Assembly (NCBI GenBank): GCA_032128375.1
Contig: JAQBGU010000168.1
Span: 1-17,979, forward strand
Direction of reading: 5' to 3'
Source of the DNA: Deltaproteobacteria bacterium
GTDB taxonomy: Bacteria; Myxococcota_A; UBA9160; SMWR01
DNA length: 17,979 nt
The notes under the pieces: generated by a model
The model's input: the letters and a program-made list of their open reading frames with translations, nothing else
Database searches by the model: none
Told to the model about the DNA's origin: nothing
Position numbers and translations under genes: made by a program
Shown: piece by piece, positions 1 through 6,637 of the stretch
How the letters are laid out: every line of letters starts with the position of its first letter
How positions within the stretch are numbered: the stretch's first letter is position 1

Positions 1-1
1 G

Positions 2-109
2 TCGATGCGCCACATGGTGAACCTCGAGACCGTCCGCACCTACGAAGGGACCCACGACGTCCACACGCTGATCCTCGGCGAGCACATCACCGGCCTCCGA
101 GCACTCTAG
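2..109 (+). CDS. Acyl-CoA dehydrogenase, glutaryl-CoA dehydrogenase-like; C-terminal fragment, 5' truncated by window edge
   Basis: Not in the ORF track. Frame from nt 2 reads [35 protein letters not shown], stop TAG at 107-109. MRH..NLE...TYEGT.D.H.LILG...TG is the typical C-terminus of the GcdH-type subfamily, including the catalytic YEG glutamate. Confidence 0.85.
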   Translation, partial: SMRHMVNLETVRTYEGTHDVHTLILGEHITGLRAL

Positions 110-143
110 ACGCCCAGCCCGCCGGTCAGCGGATGCCAGCCTC

Positions 144-983
144 TCAGTCGCCTTTCGCAGCGATCTTCAGGTCGCGCAGCGCAACGGCAACGCTCCCACC
201 GCTCAGCTCCAGCTGGGCTAGCGCCTCCTCGTCACTGAGTCCCGATTTTGCCCTGAGAATCCGAATCGCTCGCTGCTGTAGCTTCGCGCACGCGGGAACG
301 ACGTGAGTCATCAGGTTGCCGTCGACATAGCCCAGGCGCACCATCACAGTGGTCGACAGCAGGTGCAGGATCATCTTCTGCGCGATTCCGCCCTTCATGC
401 GCGTCGAGCCGGCGATCACCTCCGGCCCCACCTCGGCAACGATCGCGATCTCTGCGCCCTCCGCGAGTGGTGAATTCGGGTCGCAAGTAATCGCGATCGT
501 TCTTGCGCCGACTTCATGGGCCATGCCCAGACAGCCGAGTACGAATGGGGTGTATCCGCTGGCCGAAATCGCAACCACGGCATCGCATGGGCCGAGGTTG
601 CGGCGCCTCAACTCGAAAGGCCCCGCCTCAAAATTGTCTTCTGCTCCTTCGACTGCGCGGGTCAACGCGCGGGCCCCCCCAGCGATCAACGCCTGGACGC
701 GACTGGGTGCGACTCCGAATGTGGGCGGCAATTCCGCCGCGTCGAGCGTGCCCATCCGGCCACTGGTTCCCGCCCCCACGTTGAACCAGCGACCGCCACC
801 TCCCAACGTGCAGGCGAGAACATCGACGGCCAGCTCGACTTGGGGTAGCACCTTCCCTACGGCGGCCAGAGCGTTTGCATCTTCGGCGTGAATGGTCGCG
901 ATGATTTCGGCCGCCGTGCGTCGATCGAGATCGTGTGTCGAATCGAGAACGGCTTCTGTGGGGCGATCGGACTCCATCCGCAT
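144..983 (-). CDS. murQ: N-acetylmuramic acid 6-phosphate etherase
   Basis: SIS-domain MurQ motifs: GAGTSGRMGTLDAAELPPTFG and AVEGAED (both catalytic Glu), ISASGYTPFV, VGPEVIAGSTRMKGGIAQKMIL..LST..MVRLG, GNLM. Start is ATG 983 or ATG 977. Confidence 0.95.
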   Translation of the reverse strand: MRMESDRPTEAVLDSTHDLDRRTAAEIIATIHAEDANALAAVGKVLPQVELAVDVLACTLGGGGRWFNVGAGTSGRMGTLDAAELPPTFGVAPSRVQALIAGGARALTRAVEGAEDNFEAGPFELRRRNLGPCDAVVAISASGYTPFVLGCLGMAHEVGARTIAITCDPNSPLAEGAEIAIVAEVGPEVIAGSTRMKGGIAQKMILHLLSTTVMVRLGYVDGNLMTHVVPACAKLQQRAIRILRAKSGLSDEEALAQLELSGGSVAVALRDLKIAAKGD

Positions 984-1061
984 CCGTTTCGGCGCGCAGC
1001 GCTATCGAGTGAATCTCGACCGTGGTATGTCGAATCATTGAAGGTTATCGAGAGAGCGCAG

Positions 1062-3476
1062 ATGAGCTTCTTCGTATCGCAAAAGACCTTGGAACGTCTC
1101 GAATGGCCGCAGGTTCTGGAGTTGCTGCAGAAACATGCGCGGACTCCGGGCGGCCGTGAGAAATTCGCATGGGTGAGCGCGCCCGAGCTGTTCGAGTCGA
1201 CCCGGTTCGGCGTCGAAGAGCGGCTCGCCGAGACGACTGAGGCACGCTCGATCATCGCTACCGGCGCGATGCCGCCGCTCATCGATGTCCCCGCGCCAAT
1301 TCTGGCGCTCGGGCGCGCCCGTAAGGGCGCCGTACTCTCGGCGCGAGAGCTGATGGATCTCGTCGCGACTTGCGCGTCGGCGCGGGTTACCCGCAGCTTT
1401 CTCGAAAGCCGACTCGATTCGGCGCCCCGCCTGGCAGACCTGGCAACGCTACTGGTCGAGCATCGGGATCTCGAGACTGATATCGATGCCTCGGTCGAAC
1501 GCTCCGGCGAGGTCAAGGACGGCGCCTCGCCCGCACTGGCGAGTGCTCGCGCCCAGTCCCGGAGCCTGGCCGCCGAGATCCAAACGAAGATCAACCGATT
1601 TCTGAGCGATTCGAACGTTGCGCCGCATCTTTCCGATTCCTACTACACGATTCGCAACGATCGTTTCGTGTTGCCAGTGCGCACCGACGCTCGTGGGAGC
1701 ATCCGTGGCATCGTCCACGATGCTTCGAACACCGGGCAGACGCTCTTCGTCGAACCCGAAGCTCTCGTCGAGTTGAACAACCGCCACAAGCGCGCCGAAA
1801 TCGAGATCGAGCAAGAGACCCTCCAGGTGTTGAGGAGGCTGTCGCGCCGGGCCGCAGCAGCCGCAGACGAAGTAGAAGCCAATGTTGCCACGCTGGAGGT
1901 CATCGACGCCGCGTTCGCCCGGGCGGGTTTTGCCGAAGAAATCGACGCGGTGTGCCCGACGGTCGGCGCAGCTGGCGTCATCGACACCCCGCAGCTCGCA
2001 CATCCGCTGCTCGCCCCAGACGGGGTCGCGAGCGACATCCGATTGGGCGACGACTTCCAGGTTCTCGTCGTGTCGGGCCCCAACGCCGGCGGCAAGACCA
2101 TTGCCCTCAAGGCGGTTGCGATCGCAGTGTTGTTCGTTCGTGCGGGCCTCCATATTGCCGCAAAGGGGATGGCCCGAGTCGACCTGTTCGATGCGGTTTT
2201 TTCCGACATTGGCGACGAACAGGACATCCGAGACAGCCTTTCGACTTTCTCGGCCCACATGGCGAACCTGGCGGAGATTTCGGATCGCGCCTCACCGCGT
2301 TCGCTGGTGGTCGTGGATGAGATCGGGGTCGGGACCGACCCGGGCGAAGGAGCGGCGCTCGCGCAGGCGATTCTGGAAAATCTGGCCGACGCGGGCGCTC
2401 GCGTGGTTGCGACGACCCACTACAATTTGCTCAAGGAATTGGCCGAAGTCGATAGCCGTTTCGCCAACGCCAGCGTCGAGTTCGACAGCGAGACTCTCGA
2501 ACCGACCTACGTGCTCAGGATGGGTCTGCCCGGTATGTCCTCTGCGACCGCCGTCGCAGCGAGAATGGGAATTCCGAGCTCTGTGATCGATCGCACGAAC
2601 GAATTAATGGACCGCGAAGACCGCCAGCTCGATCGCGTGCTCAGCGAGTTGGCCGCCAGCCGCGCGGCACTCGATGTCGAGCAACGCGAGATCGCACAAA
2701 TCCGGCTCGAAACCGAAGCCGTCCGAGCAGAGCACCAGGCGAAGCTGCAGCGCCTGCAGGATCGCCGCGACAAATTGTTCCAAACGATGCGCGAAGACCT
2801 CGAGCAGTCGTTTCGCAACGCGCACGAACAGGTCGCCGACGTCATTCGCGAACTCCAGCGCAAGGGAACCGCGCAGGGTGCCGCCCGGTCCCGGGAGCAG
2901 CTGCAGGCGATCGAACAGCAGAGCCATGAGACACGGCGAGAGGCCGGCCTCGAAGAGCCTGGCCCGCAGACGACGCGCCCGATGCATTGGGCGACCGCTT
3001 CCGCAGGCGATCCCGTCGAAATCGAAGGGGGTGGGCGGGGAACGCTGGTCTCGCTCCCGGACCGCCGCGGAAGGGTCGAGGTCCGGCTGGGCAGCGCGCG
3101 CGTTTCGGTCCCGATGCGACGGGTAGGAATTCCTGCTGGTGACGCTTTCGTAGCCGGGGCTCGTCCGCCGCGGGGGAAGGTCGCGGTCACCCGCGCTAGA
3201 ACCCGGGGCGACAGCTTGCCAGCGACCGAGATCGATACTGGGCACTGCGACCTACATGGATTGCGCGTGGACGAAGCGATCGATCGCTTGATCGAGGCGC
3301 TCGACCTGGCGCTGTCCTCTGATCGGATCAGTCTGACGATCAATCACGGCGTTGGCAGCGGCGCGCTCCGGCGGGCGGTCCGCGATCACCTCCGTCAATC
3401 TCCCTACATCGCCCGGTACACCGCGGCCGAACCGAATCAAGGTGGAGAGGGTGTGACGATCGCCGAGTTCGCTTGA
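1062..3476 (+). CDS. mutS2: Endonuclease MutS2 (MutS2 ATPase with C-terminal Smr domain), 804 aa
   Basis: N-terminal KTLERLEW, IRNDRFVLPV, GIVHDASNTGQTLFVEP, Walker A GPNAGGKT, DIGDEQ..LSTFSAHM, Walker B VVVDEIGVGTDP, TTHY, coiled coil, KOW-like segment, Smr DLHGL..DEA..HGVGSGALR..GGEGVT. Start moved to ATG 1062 (GAGAG upstream) because the 888 start overlaps murQ. Confidence 0.96.
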   Translation: MSFFVSQKTLERLEWPQVLELLQKHARTPGGREKFAWVSAPELFESTRFGVEERLAETTEARSIIATGAMPPLIDVPAPILALGRARKGAVLSARELMDLVATCASARVTRSFLESRLDSAPRLADLATLLVEHRDLETDIDASVERSGEVKDGASPALASARAQSRSLAAEIQTKINRFLSDSNVAPHLSDSYYTIRNDRFVLPVRTDARGSIRGIVHDASNTGQTLFVEPEALVELNNRHKRAEIEIEQETLQVLRRLSRRAAAAADEVEANVATLEVIDAAFARAGFAEEIDAVCPTVGAAGVIDTPQLAHPLLAPDGVASDIRLGDDFQVLVVSGPNAGGKTIALKAVAIAVLFVRAGLHIAAKGMARVDLFDAVFSDIGDEQDIRDSLSTFSAHMANLAEISDRASPRSLVVVDEIGVGTDPGEGAALAQAILENLADAGARVVATTHYNLLKELAEVDSRFANASVEFDSETLEPTYVLRMGLPGMSSATAVAARMGIPSSVIDRTNELMDREDRQLDRVLSELAASRAALDVEQREIAQIRLETEAVRAEHQAKLQRLQDRRDKLFQTMREDLEQSFRNAHEQVADVIRELQRKGTAQGAARSREQLQAIEQQSHETRREAGLEEPGPQTTRPMHWATASAGDPVEIEGGGRGTLVSLPDRRGRVEVRLGSARVSVPMRRVGIPAGDAFVAGARPPRGKVAVTRARTRGDSLPATEIDTGHCDLHGLRVDEAIDRLIEALDLALSSDRISLTINHGVGSGALRRAVRDHLRQSPYIARYTAAEPNQGGEGVTIAEFA

Positions 3477-3536
3477 TTTGGCTGATGGAGCGTTCCGCTT
3501 CGTTTGGGACTCGCAACTTCGGCGACAAGGCACGAC

Positions 3537-3584
3537 TCAGCGAATTGACGTCAGCGAATTGAAGTCAGCGAATTGGCGTCAGCG
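3537..3584. repeat. 14-bp tandem repeat, 3 copies plus a partial fourth
   Basis: TCAGCGAATTGACG (3537-3550), TCAGCGAATTGAAG (3551-3564), TCAGCGAATTGGCG (3565-3578), TCAGCG (3579-3584). The last TCA is the stop codon of the minus-strand oxidoreductase. Confidence 0.9.
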
Positions 3585-4955
3585 GCTCGACGCGGAATCC
3601 GATGGTCCCAGATCCCGCTCGACCGCAGCCGCTGTACGCATTCCCGCACGCAGCGCCGCGTCCCAGCCGGGACCCATCAGGTAGTCGCCGGCGAAGTAGA
3701 TCCGCCGACCGTCTGCACGCTGATCCGCTTGGATTCGATGAAAATCGGCGATCTCGCGGTAGCGCCCAACTTCGAAGGCGGGCACCGCGTGGGGTTCGCG
3801 AAGCAACTGTGTGAATAGCGCCGCGCCGTGAATCCTCGGCAGCACGCGCCCCATCGCTGCGATCAACTCCTTTTGGATCATCTCATCGGGCGCATCGAAG
3901 TATCTGCGGCTCCACGCACCCTTGGCGCGCAAGACAGCGAGACCGTTCCCCTCCGGCGCACGACCGCCCTTGAGCCCGGGCTCGAGCGTGACACTTTCGA
4001 GCGGCGAGCCCTGATCGAATCGAGAGTCGGCCTGAGAGTCGGCTGGAAACTGGATGAATTGCGGATGCGAAGAGAACGCTCGTCGCAGTGCGACAACCAG
4101 CGTCAGCGCTGGCAGGTAGCGGACCTTCGCGAACGCGTCGCGCTCCGGCAGCGTCAGCGCCGCGTTGGCGACGCGTGCGGCGACGGGTGCGGAAGTGGCC
4201 AGTACGACCGCGTCGAACTCTGCCGACCCGCGAGTGTCCTCGACCCCGACACGTCCCGAACCGAGCGTGTCGACACGCGTGACTTCGACACCGAGTCGCG
4301 CCTTCAGCAGGATCCCCGCACGTTCTGCAATCTCACCGAATGTCGAGCGCAACAAGCCAAGTCGGGCGCTCGGATCGCGCCGGTAGTGGAGTAGGAACAA
4401 CACCCGACTGGCGTTTCGGGCGTCGCCGAGCGAATCGCGGGTCACCATTGGCGCCATCCAGCGGTCGACTGCAGTCCTTCCAAAGTACAACCCACCAAAA
4501 TCGGCGAGACTGCGATCATCGAGATCCGCGGCGCGCTCGGGCCTTTCGGGATCGATTCGGGTGCCGTACCGAGCATCGAGACGAGGCAACCGCATCAGGC
4601 GGACGGCATGGCGCTTCTTGATACCGGGAATGCGAGCAATGCCGCGCCAATCTCGGGTGTCGACCACCGCGCTCCGATCGCCAGATACCAACGCGCTTGC
4701 GATCGGCCGAAGGGGCAGCAGGTCGTCGCTGAGTCCCAACTCGACGATCCACGAAAACAACGCCCGGTCCGCGGTGCTGATGACCCCCCCGGCCCATTCG
4801 ATCGCGAAACCGTCTCGAACTTCGGAGCGCGCGCGCCCACCAGCTCTGCTCTCGCGCTCGGTCAGGACCACCTGGTAACCGCGGCGCGCTAGCTGCCACG
4901 CCGCGCCAAGTCCGGTGATTCCGGCTCCCGCGATCAAGACTTTCTTCGGCGCCAT
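3579..4955 (-). CDS. FAD-dependent oxidoreductase, protoporphyrinogen oxidase (HemY) / flavin amine oxidase superfamily; substrate unknown
   Basis: N-terminal Rossmann motif KVLIAGAGITGLGAAWQL, then E.E.R.GGR and DGFAIEWAG; FDAVVLAT; C-terminal IYFAGDY..G.G...A..AG. ATG 4955 has AAGGGA upstream. Confidence 0.85.
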   Translation of the reverse strand: MAPKKVLIAGAGITGLGAAWQLARRGYQVVLTERESRAGGRARSEVRDGFAIEWAGGVISTADRALFSWIVELGLSDDLLPLRPIASALVSGDRSAVVDTRDWRGIARIPGIKKRHAVRLMRLPRLDARYGTRIDPERPERAADLDDRSLADFGGLYFGRTAVDRWMAPMVTRDSLGDARNASRVLFLLHYRRDPSARLGLLRSTFGEIAERAGILLKARLGVEVTRVDTLGSGRVGVEDTRGSAEFDAVVLATSAPVAARVANAALTLPERDAFAKVRYLPALTLVVALRRAFSSHPQFIQFPADSQADSRFDQGSPLESVTLEPGLKGGRAPEGNGLAVLRAKGAWSRRYFDAPDEMIQKELIAAMGRVLPRIHGAALFTQLLREPHAVPAFEVGRYREIADFHRIQADQRADGRRIYFAGDYLMGPGWDAALRAGMRTAAAVERDLGPSDSASSR

Positions 4956-5097
4956 GAGCAACAATCCCTTTTGCGAGCCGGCAAGACGCCGGACACCCGG
5001 GGGACGGACTTTAGCCCGGATTGTTCACGAAGGTGCTAACCCGGTCGCACCCATGCGAGTTGGCGGGGCTGTTCCGGGAGTGAAGTTGCCCCCTGTC

Positions 5098-5125
5098 GAA
5101 CCGGTCGGGACGCTGGTGCGTAGTA
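5098..5125 (+). promoter_or_regulatory. Putative ECF-sigma (autoregulatory) promoter
   Basis: GAACC (5098-5102), 16-nt spacer, CGTAGTA (5119-5125), 25 nt before the ECF sigma ATG. Matches the common ECF pattern of AAC at -35 and CGT at -10. Confidence 0.7.
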
Positions 5126-5150
5126 CTGAGTCGAGGCCCAATACGAGCCC

Positions 5151-5720
5151 ATGAGAACCGAAGCAAAGCCGACGTCGGGCCGATCAGCATCCGATGAGGA
5201 CCTGATGGAGCGGGTGCAGCGCGGCGAGTTGCGAGCTTTCGAGCTGCTTTTCGATCGATTTCGGGGGCGGTTGTTCAGCTTTCTGTATCGGAGGTGCGGG
5301 GATGGATCTGTCGCAGAAGACCTGCTTCAAGAGACCTGGCTCCGAGTCGTTCGAGCGCGTGATCGCTTCGACCCGCGGCGTCGATTCTCGACCTGGCTGT
5401 TCCAGATCGCCAACAACCTCTGCCGCGACCGGGGCCGGCGCCTCCAAGTGGAGCGGCGGGGGAAGCAGAAGGTGACAGCGGCAATGCTCGCCGAGATTCC
5501 TACCGCCCGAACGGCACCCGCCGATCCGAGGATCGATATCGCGGGACGTCTCGCACGGCTATCCGATCGACTGCGCGAAGTCGTGGTGCTGCGCTACTTC
5601 CACGACAAATCTGAGCGGGAGATCGCGACAATCGTCGGGATACCGGCCGGAACAGTGAAGAGCAGGCTTCACCAGGCAGTCCGCGTGATGCGCGAACAGG
5701 AGATCGCAGATGCCGACTGA
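5151..5720 (+). CDS. RNA polymerase sigma-70 factor, ECF subfamily (SigW/RpoE-like)
   Basis: 189 aa. SDEDLM..GELRAFELLF, region 2 AEDLLQETWLRV..FSTWLFQIANNLCRD, region 4 LREVVVLRYF..SEREIA.IVGIPAGTVKSRLH. Confidence 0.95.
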   Translation: MRTEAKPTSGRSASDEDLMERVQRGELRAFELLFDRFRGRLFSFLYRRCGDGSVAEDLLQETWLRVVRARDRFDPRRRFSTWLFQIANNLCRDRGRRLQVERRGKQKVTAAMLAEIPTARTAPADPRIDIAGRLARLSDRLREVVVLRYFHDKSEREIATIVGIPAGTVKSRLHQAVRVMREQEIADAD

Positions 5721-6276
5721 CACCACCTGTGCGAATACGGCGGAACGACTGGAATCTGCATTCTGGTCTCGCGCTCCGTCCAGCGCGACAGATGCGGCAC
5801 ACGCGGCGGCTTGCCCCGCTTGTGGTGAACTGATGGCGGCGTTGGAAACGCTCGCCGACTCACTCGCAGCGGATCACCCACCGACGTTGTCCACCGAGCG
5901 CGCCCGATCGATCCGACAGCTGGCCGCGCGCGAACTCACGGTGTCGGTGCTGTCAACAAAAAAACCGATCACTTGGGAGGCCATGCAACGCGAAGGGTTG
6001 CCAAGCGGTTATCTGCGCGAGTTGGTCCGGATCTTGGGCTGGGCGTTGCTGCCTCTGCCGCTCGTGTTGTTTAGCTATGTGCAATTTTTTCAATTCGGAG
6101 GCGCACTGCTGGAACAGGTTCTGCCGGGCTGGGGGGTCGTCGCGGTGGGAATCGCCGCCGCTAGCGGCGCAGCCAGCTGGTTGGCTGTCGTGTACGGTTC
6201 GATTCCGCTGGTCGCTTATCGACGCCTGTCCAGACTTGACGATGCATTCAGACCGGCCGCTCAGGTGAGCCCATGA
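5710..6276 (+). CDS. Putative membrane-bound zinc-binding anti-sigma factor (ZAS)
   Basis: Overlaps the sigma gene by 11 nt. C7-x23-H31-x3-C35-x2-C38 (HAAACPAC) is the ZAS motif. Two hydrophobic segments in the C-terminal half. Confidence 0.8.
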   Translation: MPTDTTCANTAERLESAFWSRAPSSATDAAHAAACPACGELMAALETLADSLAADHPPTLSTERARSIRQLAARELTVSVLSTKKPITWEAMQREGLPSGYLRELVRILGWALLPLPLVLFSYVQFFQFGGALLEQVLPGWGVVAVGIAAASGAASWLAVVYGSIPLVAYRRLSRLDDAFRPAAQVSP

Positions 6277-6608
6277 ACGAAATGAAACAGTGTCCGTTCT
6301 GCGCCGAAGAAATCCGGCTGGAGGCGGTCAAATGCCGACACTGCAGGACTAACCTCGATCGACGCAGCTCACTCAGTGATTGGACCCGGCGGTCGGAAGA
6401 CCGGATGGTCGCAGGGGTGTGCAGCGGTATCGGTCAGTATTTCGATATTCCGGTTTCGGTCGTGCGGCTCGCATTCGCGATCGGAGCGATCTTTTCCGGC
6501 TTTGGACCCGCGGTGATTCTCTACGTGATCCTGTGGGTCGTCATGCCGTTGGAAGAGGCCGTCTACGCGGACGAAGATTCCGAAGCTGCAGACTGGCGTC
6601 ACCGCTGA
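6273..6608 (+). CDS. PspC-domain membrane protein with N-terminal zinc ribbon
   Basis: ATGA overlap with the upstream gene. CPFCAEEI...AVKCRHC zinc ribbon, then PspC signature RRSEDRMVAGVCSGIGQYFDI..VVRLAF...ILYVILWVVMP. Confidence 0.9.
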   Translation: MNEMKQCPFCAEEIRLEAVKCRHCRTNLDRRSSLSDWTRRSEDRMVAGVCSGIGQYFDIPVSVVRLAFAIGAIFSGFGPAVILYVILWVVMPLEEAVYADEDSEAADWRHR

Positions 6609-6637
6609 TCCAGCAGCCCGCCATCGGACGATGCGAC

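Noticed and set aside
1..143. Possible assembly junction or foreign DNA, since 32 of 35 codons in the first fragment end in G/C
   Set aside because: Too few codons to distinguish from normal gene-to-gene variation; no repeat or mobile-element signature at the boundary.
888..1061. 58-aa N-terminal extension of MutS2 in the ORF track
   Set aside because: Overlaps murQ on the opposite strand; MutS2-like sequence begins at Met 1062.
3537..3584. CRISPR array
   Set aside because: Units are 14 bp, directly adjacent, without spacers; no cas genes in the window.
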